Below are positions 19,522-28,600 of a stretch of 64,000 bases of DNA, one piece after another (position 1 is the stretch's first letter; every line of letters starts with the position of its first letter). The translations under genes and the position numbers were made by a program. The stretch lies in assembly GCA_963599475.1 (NCBI GenBank), contig CAVBXH010000001.1, positions 4,602-68,601 of the forward strand. Reading direction: 5' to 3'. Below the pieces are notes generated by a model. That model had not been told where the DNA came from and ran no database searches. It was given only the letters and a program-made list of their open reading frames with translations. Source of the stretch: Acutalibacteraceae bacterium (GTDB lineage Bacteria > Bacteroidota > Bacteroidia > Bacteroidales > Bacteroidaceae).

Positions 19522-22026
19522 TCACAGCAGAATCTCTACAGCCTTGCCGTCATACGTCACGGTCTTGCTGGGCTTCATGGGTGCATCACCTGCGCCACTG
19601 TTCGCCCCGACAAGGACGATACGGAACGTGCGACTCTCCAGCATGCCCTTGAAGCTGCCCTTGCGGGGAGCGATGCGGAGGGTACGGTTGGCCTCGTCCC
19701 ATGAGAAGACAATCTGGGAGAACTGTCCCTTCTCGTAGTTGTAGTTGTCGCCCTCGTCCTCATAGAGGGTGAAGGTGCCGTCGGCACCGGGATAGACGCG
19801 GATCTCCAACTCGTCCCAAGGCTTCTCCGTACTGTACTGCACCTCGGGACCGAAGGGCAGGATGGTGCCGGCCTTGACGAACACGGGCATGATGTCGATG
19901 GGGCAGAGGCGCTGGATGTCCTGTCCGCCCTCGTACAGCGCATTGCTCCAGAAGTCGTACCACTGGTTGCCCTGGGGCAGATAGACGTTCACGGGAGCAG
20001 CGGCCTGCTTCACGTCGGGATAGATGGTGTGGCCTTTCTTCTCGCGGTCCTTCCAGGTGTACATCGGGTCGGTGACGGGCTTCACCAGAATGTTGCGGCC
20101 AAAGAGATACTCGTCGTTTAGGCGCGAAGCCTTCTTGTCGGCCGCATAGTCCATCACCAAGGCGCGCATCATGCTGCCACTGTTCTGCACGCAGTCGCCG
20201 GCAGTGCTGTAGATGTAGGGCAGGAGACGGTAGCGCAGGCGGATGGCCTTGAGCATGGCATCGTAGGCCCAGTCGCCCTCTTTGCCGAACTCATACAACT
20301 CGCTGACCATGGGCGAGGAGCAGTGGTTGCGCATCAGGGGCATGAAAGTGCCCCACTGCACCCAACGGGTCTGCAGCTCCTGCACGGCAGGGTTCTTCGG
20401 ACGCTGCTCATACTCCCAGTAGAAGAAGCCGCCGAGATCCGTATTCCAGAACGGAATGCCACAGAGCGTATAGTTCAAGCCCGAGGGCACTTGGTTCTTC
20501 ATCTCGTCCCAGGAAGCCACGATGTCGCCGCTCCACGAGAACGTGCCGTAGTGCTGGATGCCGAAGCAGCCGCTGCGCGTCATCTGCAACGAGCGTTTCC
20601 GGTTGCCCTTCATCGCACGCTGGTGCTCATAGATGCTCTTGTTGTGGAGCAGGGAGAAGGCATTCTTCACGCTGAGCCACGATCCGTCGTGGGTCTGCCA
20701 GTCCTCGTCGCCCGCCTTCTCAAAATGGTCGGGTTCGGTAGAGTCGGTCCACCAGGCGTCCAACCCCATCCGATAGAGGTTGGCGAGGTATTTCCAGTAG
20801 AGGTCGCGCGCCTTGGGGTTGAAGACATCGTAGGGCTGCACACCGGCGTTGCGGGGCCACGTGTCAAACGGCAACAGGGCGTTCATCTTCTTCAGTTCCT
20901 TGTACTGTTCCGTCCAAGGACCGAAGTTGGCCCAAATGGTGATCATCAGGTGGGCATTGTTCTTGTGGACGTACTGCACCATTTCCTCGGGACTCTTCAG
21001 TCGCGGTTCGCCCTGCGCCTTCATGTTCCTCATGTCGCGGGGCAGATACTTATCGTAGGCCGGGTCACCCACCTTGTTGATGTAGTAGGGATTCTGAAAC
21101 TTCATCGCGTTCCAGTTGGAGTCGCAGCCCCAGTACTGCCAGTCCTGCACGATGGCATCGGTGGGAATCCTCAACGCACGGTACTTGTCGAGCACACTGG
21201 CCAGTTCGTCGCTGGTCTTGTAGCGTTCGCGGCACTGCCAGAATCCCATTGACCATAGGGGAAACATGGTGGCCTGCCCCGTCAGTTCGCGGATGCTGGC
21301 GATGACACCGTCCTGCGTGCCGTCCTTGTACAGGAAGTAATAGTCGGCACAGGTGCCCACCTCGCTGGTGAAGGAGGTCTGCTCCGCATCGTCGAAGCGC
21401 GTCTTTCCGGCATTGTCCCAATAGAGTCCGTAGCCCTTCTCACTGGTGAAATACGGCATGGCGATGTAGGTGTTGTGGTTCCAAAGCTCCACATTGCGGC
21501 GGCCGCGCTGGTTCATGTGCGTGTCGCGCAACTGGCCGAGACCGTAGATAGCCTCGCCGTCCTCCAGCTGGAAGCACTGCCGAACGCGGTATTTCCCCTT
21601 GTTGGCCTCGTCCGTGCGCGCTTCAAAAGAGGTCTCCGTGTCGGCCAGCAGCGGCTTCCCGTCGGCGGAGCAGAAGCGGATTTCGCCCGTTGTCGGATTC
21701 AGCGTGACTGCCATGGCCGTGGACTTCATGCACACGACACCGTCCTCTTCTCGAACGTCAAACGCCTTCAGCGGTTGAGGCTGCAGAACAACCGAATAGC
21801 TTTTCTTCTGTGCCGCCGCATCGTCCTCCCCGTTTGCCTTCACCACTCGGACGATGGAGGGGGAATAGAAGGTGACGGTGACTTGCTGACCCGCCGCTTG
21901 ACGGGTGACGGAGGCTGTAGCAGCCTTCCCCTTGACCGCGCCCTTCGGCTGTTTCGCCAAGGAGTCGCTGGGCAGCCCTGCAACTGCGATGCCCAACAGG
22001 GCAAGCAGGAATTGTTTTTTCATCAT
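19522..22026 (-). CDS. GH31 glycoside hydrolase (alpha-xylosidase/glucosidase-like)
   Basis: IVQDWQYW, WWTDSTEPD nucleophile, WSGDI acid/base, WNTDLGGF, RYRLLPYIYS, LYEDEGD motifs; signal peptide. Confidence 0.93.
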   Translation of the reverse strand: MMKKQFLLALLGIAVAGLPSDSLAKQPKGAVKGKAATASVTRQAAGQQVTVTFYSPSIVRVVKANGEDDAAAQKKSYSVVLQPQPLKAFDVREEDGVVCMKSTAMAVTLNPTTGEIRFCSADGKPLLADTETSFEARTDEANKGKYRVRQCFQLEDGEAIYGLGQLRDTHMNQRGRRNVELWNHNTYIAMPYFTSEKGYGLYWDNAGKTRFDDAEQTSFTSEVGTCADYYFLYKDGTQDGVIASIRELTGQATMFPLWSMGFWQCRERYKTSDELASVLDKYRALRIPTDAIVQDWQYWGCDSNWNAMKFQNPYYINKVGDPAYDKYLPRDMRNMKAQGEPRLKSPEEMVQYVHKNNAHLMITIWANFGPWTEQYKELKKMNALLPFDTWPRNAGVQPYDVFNPKARDLYWKYLANLYRMGLDAWWTDSTEPDHFEKAGDEDWQTHDGSWLSVKNAFSLLHNKSIYEHQRAMKGNRKRSLQMTRSGCFGIQHYGTFSWSGDIVASWDEMKNQVPSGLNYTLCGIPFWNTDLGGFFYWEYEQRPKNPAVQELQTRWVQWGTFMPLMRNHCSSPMVSELYEFGKEGDWAYDAMLKAIRLRYRLLPYIYSTAGDCVQNSGSMMRALVMDYAADKKASRLNDEYLFGRNILVKPVTDPMYTWKDREKKGHTIYPDVKQAAAPVNVYLPQGNQWYDFWSNALYEGGQDIQRLCPIDIMPVFVKAGTILPFGPEVQYSTEKPWDELEIRVYPGADGTFTLYEDEGDNYNYEKGQFSQIVFSWDEANRTLRIAPRKGSFKGMLESRTFRIVLVGANSGAGDAPMKPSKTVTYDGKAVEILL
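21936..22020. repeat. 85-bp direct repeat copy 1 (signal-peptide coding region of GH31)
   Basis: Identical to 26640-26724 except A21982 versus T26686. Confidence 0.95.
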
Positions 22027-22053
22027 AACGCTTTTATTTGAGATAATAAGTTA

Positions 22054-23688
22054 TCAATATCCTGGATTCTGCTTGAGGTTGGTGTTGGTCAGAATCTGAC
22101 TGTTGGGAATGGGGTAGAGATTCTTTTCCTTGCTGCTTGCGTCATGCGAGAACCAGGAACGCGTGGCAAACACGCCAAAGCGAACCATGTCCTGCCGGCG
22201 ACGGCCTTCCTGAGAAAACTCCCATCCCAGTTCGTCAAGCATTCTGCCGTATGCAATGACGGCATTGTCGTGGCTGGTCTTGATGTTGTCTCGGCGACCA
22301 TAGTCGTAGCAACTGTTGCCCTGCAATTCCTCACCAGTGACAACCGCCTTGGCAGGATTGTCCGAGAAGTTGCGTTCCCTCACCTTTGTAACCAGTTCGG
22401 CGGCCTCGTCTGCATGGCCGGTTCTCAACAAAGCCTCCGCCTTCATGAGGTAAACGTCTGCATAGCGCAACAATGGGAAGTCGTTGCTCAGACGGTTGGT
22501 AATGCCTTCCGCATATTCAAATTTTCCCCATCGGAGACCTTGGTTCTCGTCGGAATCGTCGATGCTGTTCACCTCATTCACATAGACCAACGGCTGTCCC
22601 ACCAGGTTGCCCATGGTGCAAAGCAGTTCGCCACCATTCTTGTCATACTGCGGACCCGAGATGAAATCGTCCTTCAAGCGCTGGTCGTCGGGGTCAAACG
22701 TGTCAATATACTGGGGTAAGACGCATACGCCTCCCCACGGCGTAGCCTTGAAGTTGTAAGTAGCCTGGTTCTCGGGCTGCAAACTGTACATGTGGAAATC
22801 GAAGGCGTTCCAGTCTGTAATGTAAGTTTCGTCGAACGGCAAGGCAAAAATAATCTCCTTGCTGTTCTCATTGTTGGTCACAAACACATTCTTGCGCACG
22901 GACTCCAAGCTGTACTTGTCGCTTTCCAACACCTTGTTGCAGGCTTCAATACACTTGTCGTAATCCTTGTGGGTGCCGTCGCTGAACACCTCCGAGTTGA
23001 GATACATCTTGGCCAGAAGCGTATATCCAGCCCATTTGTTGAAGCGTCCGTAATACTCGCTGTTCACCTCCTCCGTCAGGTTGGGAATGTTCTCCGTCAA
23101 TTCCTGAATGATAAATTCATAGACCGCCTGACGCTTGCTCTGCTCCGGAAGGTAACCGGCAGGAACATCGAATTTAGTGATAATGGGCACATTGCCGAAC
23201 AAATCGTCCAGCACATAGTAATACGAAGCCCGCAGCACCTTCAGCTCCGAGACAACGGCAGCTTCCTTTTCGCCCAGTTGTATCTGGCCGGACTCTATCT
23301 GGTAGAAGACGCGGTTGCAGGCATTGATGCCGTCGTAGGTGCGAACCCACGACTGCAAGGGAATGTCGTCTTCACTGGTCCATTTGTGCTGGTGCATCCG
23401 CTTATAGACACCGCCGTCCACCCATCCGTTCGGACGAGCCGGAATGACATCCTCATCGGTGGGAAGCATCTGGGCACGCGCCACTCCATTCCAAAGTAGC
23501 ATGGTCTTACGCCAGGAGACATAGGCGGAAGACAGCAGGGAAGCAACATCTTCGTCGGTCGGCTGGAAACCATCTGCCACGACGCTGGAATAATTAGTAT
23601 CTTTCAAATCGGTGCAGGAAGAGGCACTGAAAAGTACGGCCGCACCCAAAAGACAAATATATAATCTATTGAATTTCATGATTTTCAT
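22054..23688 (-). CDS. susD: SusD/RagB family lipoprotein
   Basis: Lipobox ASSC; LRASYYYVLDDLFGNVP, LRYADVYLMKAEA, ELGWEFSQEGRRRQDMVRF, NLKQNPGY. Confidence 0.95.
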   Translation of the reverse strand: MKIMKFNRLYICLLGAAVLFSASSCTDLKDTNYSSVVADGFQPTDEDVASLLSSAYVSWRKTMLLWNGVARAQMLPTDEDVIPARPNGWVDGGVYKRMHQHKWTSEDDIPLQSWVRTYDGINACNRVFYQIESGQIQLGEKEAAVVSELKVLRASYYYVLDDLFGNVPIITKFDVPAGYLPEQSKRQAVYEFIIQELTENIPNLTEEVNSEYYGRFNKWAGYTLLAKMYLNSEVFSDGTHKDYDKCIEACNKVLESDKYSLESVRKNVFVTNNENSKEIIFALPFDETYITDWNAFDFHMYSLQPENQATYNFKATPWGGVCVLPQYIDTFDPDDQRLKDDFISGPQYDKNGGELLCTMGNLVGQPLVYVNEVNSIDDSDENQGLRWGKFEYAEGITNRLSNDFPLLRYADVYLMKAEALLRTGHADEAAELVTKVRERNFSDNPAKAVVTGEELQGNSCYDYGRRDNIKTSHDNAVIAYGRMLDELGWEFSQEGRRRQDMVRFGVFATRSWFSHDASSKEKNLYPIPNSQILTNTNLKQNPGY

Positions 23689-23706
23689 TGCTATAGTATG
23701 TTATTG

Positions 23707-26700
23707 TTAGAAGGTAAGGTTCACACCGAAAGTAAAGGCGCGCGTATGAGGATAGCTGTCGCGGTTGTCGTAAGCAGGCGACAAGCCTGATGTCGACACC
23801 TCGGGGTCAATGCCCTTATAGCCCGTGATGGTGATGGCATTGTTGACCGAGGCATAAAGCCGGAGTGCCTTGACCCACTTGCTCATATTGTTGAACGTAT
23901 AGCCCAGCGTGATGTTGTCAATCTTCCAGTAGTCACCGTCCTCCACATAGTAGCTATTGAACTCCTCGGAACACAAACTGCTCAGCACGGCCTTGCCGAA
24001 CACCTTGTCATAGGCGGAACGCAGGCGGTTCCAGTCCTGACGGCTTCTGTTTTCATAGAACATTCTCGTACCGTTAATAATCTGGAAGCCAAAGGCTCCA
24101 CGCATATTGACGGCGAGGTCGAAGTTCTTGTAGCGGAACTGGTTGTTGAAACCGAGATACCAGGTTGGCACGCCGTTGCCCAAAATCTGCTTGTCCTCGA
24201 ACGAATGGGTAAAATCGTCATAATTCACGCGGTTACCGTCCTTGTCGAGGTAAATCCACTTGCCGTTGTCGTCCACATCCACGACCTTGAAGCCATAGAT
24301 GTCGCCCACCTTGTGGCCAATACGTACAATGTGCGACTCCGTCTTGACGGGTTCCTCAATCCAACCCGTCATGAAATAGTCGGAGGAGGTCTGGTACAGG
24401 TCGTTGGACAGGCTCTTCAACTTGTTGGAGTTGGTGGAGAACGTAACCGTCGTGTTCCACTGGAAATCCTTGGTCTGCACTGGAATGGCATTCACCATGA
24501 CTTCAAGACCATTGTTGCTCATCTCGCCGACATTGGCGCGTGTGGTCGTGTAGAGGTTCGGGGGAGAGGGTACGGAGTAGTCGTAGAGCAGTCCCTTGAT
24601 AAGGCGGTAGTACCAGTCAATAGAGACGTTCACACGATAGTTCAGGATGCTGAAATCAACACCGACGTCATACTCGTGTTTCTCTTCCCATTTCAGTTTG
24701 TCGTTGGAATTCTGGGTCGGCTGCAAGGCGCGAATCCATCGTCCGTTGTAGAGGTAATAGTCGCCATAGCCCAACAGCGACACGCCAAGGAACGACTGGC
24801 TAGGCTGTGAACCCGTGACGCCGTAGCCTGCCCTCAACTTGATGTCGTCAAAGATCTTCTGGTTTTTCATGAATGGTTCCTCAGTGATGCGCCATCCTAA
24901 GGAGACACTGGGGAAAGTGCCCCAAGGCTCTTCTGTGCCTACCAGTTGGCTGGCCGCCTCATGACGGATGCTGGCCATCAACAGGTAACGGTTCTTGTAG
25001 TTATAGTTCAAGCGCCCGAAGAAACCGATCAGGTTCGTGTTGAGCTGGTAGCTGTATTCCGTGCCCAATCCCTCCTTGAGTGCCTGTCCGACACCAATGT
25101 TGTGCCAACTGAACGCGTCGGTCGGGAAATCGTAGTTGCGCTCATACTGATTGCTGTAAACACCTTCCTGGTAGCTGTAGCCCACGAGTGCCTGAACCGT
25201 GTGGTCGCCGAACGTCTTGTGGAAACGTCCCGTCAGTTCCATCAGTTTCGTCACCGTGCTGCTGCCGCCCGTGGAAGCATAGCCGTTCATGCCGTCTCGG
25301 ACATTGGAGATATGGTTCTTCGTCTCATAATATCCGCCCTCTTGATTAATCTTGTCATACGAGAGCAGTGCATTGAAGGTCAATTCCTTAATCGGTTCAA
25401 AGGTAATATTGGAACTGAAACGTGTTTGGGAGATTTTCTGTTCACCGTCACACTCATAGATGCGCGACACGGGGTTGTCATAATTGAAGATTCCCGTGTT
25501 CTCGCGCCAAGTGCCATCGGCGTTCTTGATGGGTTCTGTCGGATTGTGAATCAAGGCCTGACGCCAGCTATAGGTGTTGTAGCTGCCACCGTCGCTGGTT
25601 GACGTATAGCCTGTCTGGTTGCCTAACAACTGGAAGTTGAACCGCAGTTTGTTGTCAAACATGGAATGGTTCACCTCGGCACGTCCTTGGAACTCCTCCT
25701 TGTCCGAGCGTTTGAAGATGCCCTGAAGATTGCGGTAGTTGACGTTGAAGATATAGTTGGTCTCGCTGTTTCCGCCCTTGAAAGAGACATTGTGCACATG
25801 GCTCAGTCCTGTTCTGGTGATAGCATCGATCCAGTCGGTGTTGTCGCCCAAGTCCCAGGAGGCATCTCTCAAACCGTCTTGAATCTGCTGGCGGTAATCA
25901 TTGGCATCGCAGAAATCGGGACGCTTGGCCATGGTGGAGAGACTGAGATAGCCACTATACTGCACCTCGTTGATATTGTTGCCCTTCGACTTCTTCGTCG
26001 TGATGAGTACCACACCATTTGTTCCACGCGAACCATAGATGGCTGCAGCCGAACCGTCCTTCAGCACATCAATGCTCTCAATGTCCTCGGGAGCCACCGT
26101 ACTGAAACTGCCCGGCACGCCGTCAATCAGAATCAGCGGATTGGTGGATGCGCCCAGAATGGTGGTATTGCCACGAAGGGAGATTTCCGTGCCACCCACA
26201 GGATTGCCGTTAGGATTGGTCACGGAAAGACCGGCTATCTTGCCTTGAATCAGTTGGCCGGCATCATTGATGGCTCCTGCCGTGAAATCCTCACGCTTCA
26301 CGCTGCCGACCGAACTGGTGACATCGCCCTTTCTTTGTGTGCCGTATCCGATGACAACCACTTCGTTGAGCACTTTCCGGTCTTCTTCCAACACGATGGA
26401 GAGACGTTGTTGCTTCCCGACGGAAATCTCCTGTGACAGGAATCCGATATAGGAGATTTGCAGGGTGCTTCCTGCTTCTACATTAATGGTAAACTTTCCG
26501 TCCAAGTCAGAGACGGTTCCGTCGTTCTGTCCCTTCACTCTAATGGTTGCGCCGATGACGGGATTTCCCGTATCGTCTTTGATTATACCACTGATTTTCT
26601 TCGGTGTCCCGATCCTTTTCTGTTGGGTGGTCTGGACGGCCGCGCCCTTCGGCTGTTTCGCCAAGGAGTCGCTGGGCAGCCCTGCTACTGCGATGCCCAA

Positions 26701-26730
26701 CAGGGCAAGCAGGAATTGTTTTTTTGCCAT
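23707..26730 (-). CDS. susC: SusC/RagA TonB-dependent transporter
   Basis: VVVIGYGT, LKDGSAAAIYGSRGTNGVVLITTK, YPHTRAFTFGVNLTF. Confidence 0.96.
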   Translation of the reverse strand: MAKKQFLLALLGIAVAGLPSDSLAKQPKGAAVQTTQQKRIGTPKKISGIIKDDTGNPVIGATIRVKGQNDGTVSDLDGKFTINVEAGSTLQISYIGFLSQEISVGKQQRLSIVLEEDRKVLNEVVVIGYGTQRKGDVTSSVGSVKREDFTAGAINDAGQLIQGKIAGLSVTNPNGNPVGGTEISLRGNTTILGASTNPLILIDGVPGSFSTVAPEDIESIDVLKDGSAAAIYGSRGTNGVVLITTKKSKGNNINEVQYSGYLSLSTMAKRPDFCDANDYRQQIQDGLRDASWDLGDNTDWIDAITRTGLSHVHNVSFKGGNSETNYIFNVNYRNLQGIFKRSDKEEFQGRAEVNHSMFDNKLRFNFQLLGNQTGYTSTSDGGSYNTYSWRQALIHNPTEPIKNADGTWRENTGIFNYDNPVSRIYECDGEQKISQTRFSSNITFEPIKELTFNALLSYDKINQEGGYYETKNHISNVRDGMNGYASTGGSSTVTKLMELTGRFHKTFGDHTVQALVGYSYQEGVYSNQYERNYDFPTDAFSWHNIGVGQALKEGLGTEYSYQLNTNLIGFFGRLNYNYKNRYLLMASIRHEAASQLVGTEEPWGTFPSVSLGWRITEEPFMKNQKIFDDIKLRAGYGVTGSQPSQSFLGVSLLGYGDYYLYNGRWIRALQPTQNSNDKLKWEEKHEYDVGVDFSILNYRVNVSIDWYYRLIKGLLYDYSVPSPPNLYTTTRANVGEMSNNGLEVMVNAIPVQTKDFQWNTTVTFSTNSNKLKSLSNDLYQTSSDYFMTGWIEEPVKTESHIVRIGHKVGDIYGFKVVDVDDNGKWIYLDKDGNRVNYDDFTHSFEDKQILGNGVPTWYLGFNNQFRYKNFDLAVNMRGAFGFQIINGTRMFYENRSRQDWNRLRSAYDKVFGKAVLSSLCSEEFNSYYVEDGDYWKIDNITLGYTFNNMSKWVKALRLYASVNNAITITGYKGIDPEVSTSGLSPAYDNRDSYPHTRAFTFGVNLTF
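26640..26724. repeat. 85-bp direct repeat copy 2 (signal-peptide coding region of susC)
   Basis: 84/85 identical to 21936-22020. Confidence 0.95.
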
Positions 26731-26789
26731 AGCTTGGTAGTTTAATAATTGTTTTTAGTCTTGCTGGAATTGCATTTGAATTCCGGCTG

Positions 26790-26797
26790 CAAAGGTA
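26790..26797 (-). promoter_or_regulatory. Bacteroidetes -7 promoter element (TACCTTTG) for susC-susD-GH31
   Basis: Matches TAnnTTTG on the minus strand about 60 bp upstream of the susC start. Confidence 0.6.
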
Positions 26798-26876
26798 AGC
26801 ACAAACGGGAAAAACGGGTTAAGACAAATGAAGATACAAGTGGCACATTTGTTGAAATGCGCCCGTTTTCCACGGG

Positions 26877-28400
26877 TTATCTGTACTCGGAAGGCAACAC
26901 GTCAAACTCTTTTTTGAAGCATTTGGTGAAATAGCTGGGCGAGCTGAAGCCGGTCTTTTCGGCAATTTCGTTGACCGTCAGTTCACCCGTTTTCAGGAGT
27001 ACGGCGGCATGGTGCAGACGGATTTGGCGGATGAAGGCCACGGGAGTAGTGCCCGTCAGGGCCGTGAGCTTCTTGTACAGTCCCGTGCGCTCCATGCAGA
27101 GTTCGGCGGCCAACTGCTCCACGCCATACTCCCCGTCCTGCAAATGCTGTTCCACCAGTGTGCGCGCCCTTGCAATGAGTTCGTGTTCGGGCTCGGCTTC
27201 TTCCGCAGCTTCCGTCTCCGTGGCAGTTCCTATGCCGCCCGTTCTCCGCCTGCGCCGATAATACATGAGGCCAGCGGTCGCCCCTGTCAGCAGTGCTACC
27301 AGCAACGCCGCGCTCCATCCCGACTGCCACCAGGGCTTTTCTATCGTGAAGAAGAGACCCAACATGGGCGACACACAAATCAGTCCGTCGTTGTAAGTGC
27401 CCAGCCAGATGGTGCCTTCGCGGTCCCGATAGACGGTGTTGATGCCCGTTGTGAGCGATCGTCCGTCGGGCAGGGCAAGTTCCTTGACCTCGCGCGGCGT
27501 GTTGCCCACCCGGAAGTCGAACATCAGGTAGCCGTGCTGACTGCTGATGAGTGCCTGGTTGTCCGACGACATATTCAGGGTGTGCAGGATGTAGTCACAA
27601 GAGAAAATCTTGGAGTACTTTCGGCTCTCCGGATCGAAATGGAGGAAGACGGAGACGTGGTTCTGTCGCTCCGCTCCGCGGCCCGTACGGATTTGATAGA
27701 ATTGCCCGCTCGCGGTCTGCACCGTGAGCGAAGTGCCTTGGTAGTGTCGGGCTTCCGCAGTCGGATAGGCCGATGCCGTATAGGCCAATTCCCCGGCCTT
27801 GAAGGCCGCCACCACACCCGCGCTGTGGAACGTGTACACCAGCTGGCCGTCGGTGTCCAGGTCTTGCAGCGCGCCCCACGAGCGTTGGAGCAGGAGGGAG
27901 ATGCCGTCGGAGGTGTTGATCACTGTGTCCCCCGTCACGACCCACAGGTTTCTTTGTCCGTCCACGAACAGGTCGCCGATGGCCGTTCCCCCGATGTCCT
28001 TGACGCAAGTGTCCAGCGGATGCTCCAGCAACTTTCCCTGCTCCAGGTCAATGCAGAACACCTGCCGGACATCCTTCACCCAGAGCCTGTTCCAGTTGTC
28101 GGCATAGAGATGCGTCTGTCCGCCATATTTCGCCAGCGGCTGTGCCTTCCCCGACGGGAGCGGCACGAACTGGAAACGCTTGCCGTCGTAGAGGTTGATG
28201 CCCCGTTGCGTCCGCACGGCCAACCGGTTGTCCGGCAGCTGCATCATCTGGAGGATGCCGTTGTCCGACAGACCGTCCTTGCTGTTGAGCACACGGAAAT
28301 ACTCGTTCTTCTCTATTTTTTGCGCTGCGGCAGTCCACACGCTGCCCATGAGCAAGAAAAGAACGACCCAGAAAATACTATGTCGTAAGCCGTGTTTCAT
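26877..28400 (-). CDS. Membrane-anchored AraC family regulator with periplasmic beta-propeller sensor (HTCS-like, no kinase or receiver)
   Basis: Signal peptide; propeller repeats (DGLSDNGI, DREGTIWLGTYNDGL); KPWW then TM then RRRRR; short linker; AraC HTH (LYKKL...GFSSPSYFTKCFKKEF). Confidence 0.85.
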   Translation of the reverse strand: MKHGLRHSIFWVVLFLLMGSVWTAAAQKIEKNEYFRVLNSKDGLSDNGILQMMQLPDNRLAVRTQRGINLYDGKRFQFVPLPSGKAQPLAKYGGQTHLYADNWNRLWVKDVRQVFCIDLEQGKLLEHPLDTCVKDIGGTAIGDLFVDGQRNLWVVTGDTVINTSDGISLLLQRSWGALQDLDTDGQLVYTFHSAGVVAAFKAGELAYTASAYPTAEARHYQGTSLTVQTASGQFYQIRTGRGAERQNHVSVFLHFDPESRKYSKIFSCDYILHTLNMSSDNQALISSQHGYLMFDFRVGNTPREVKELALPDGRSLTTGINTVYRDREGTIWLGTYNDGLICVSPMLGLFFTIEKPWWQSGWSAALLVALLTGATAGLMYYRRRRRTGGIGTATETEAAEEAEPEHELIARARTLVEQHLQDGEYGVEQLAAELCMERTGLYKKLTALTGTTPVAFIRQIRLHHAAVLLKTGELTVNEIAEKTGFSSPSYFTKCFKKEFDVLPSEYR

Positions 28401-28517
28401 TCGGTCTGTTGTCCGGCCATTCGCAATGGCACTGCAAAATTACAACATTTTCGGGAGAAAGGGGCACGGATTGGCATAAAGATGCCGAAAACGTTGCGCA
28501 GCCACCCGGGCAAGATA

Positions 28518-28556
28518 AATCCCCCATGCTCCGTCTGGAGCGATGGGGGATGTTCG
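28518..28556 (-). terminator. Stem-loop downstream of susD
   Basis: ATCCCCCAT-GCTCC-GTCT-GGAGC-G-ATGGGGGAT inverted repeat. Confidence 0.7.
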
Positions 28557-28600
28557 GTTGCGGTTCAGCGTCTGTCACTCAGACTGACGCAGACCAGATA

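Noticed and set aside
21936..26724. Invertible susC shufflon
   Set aside because: The repeats are direct rather than inverted and no tyrosine or serine recombinase gene is present, so inversion is not supported.
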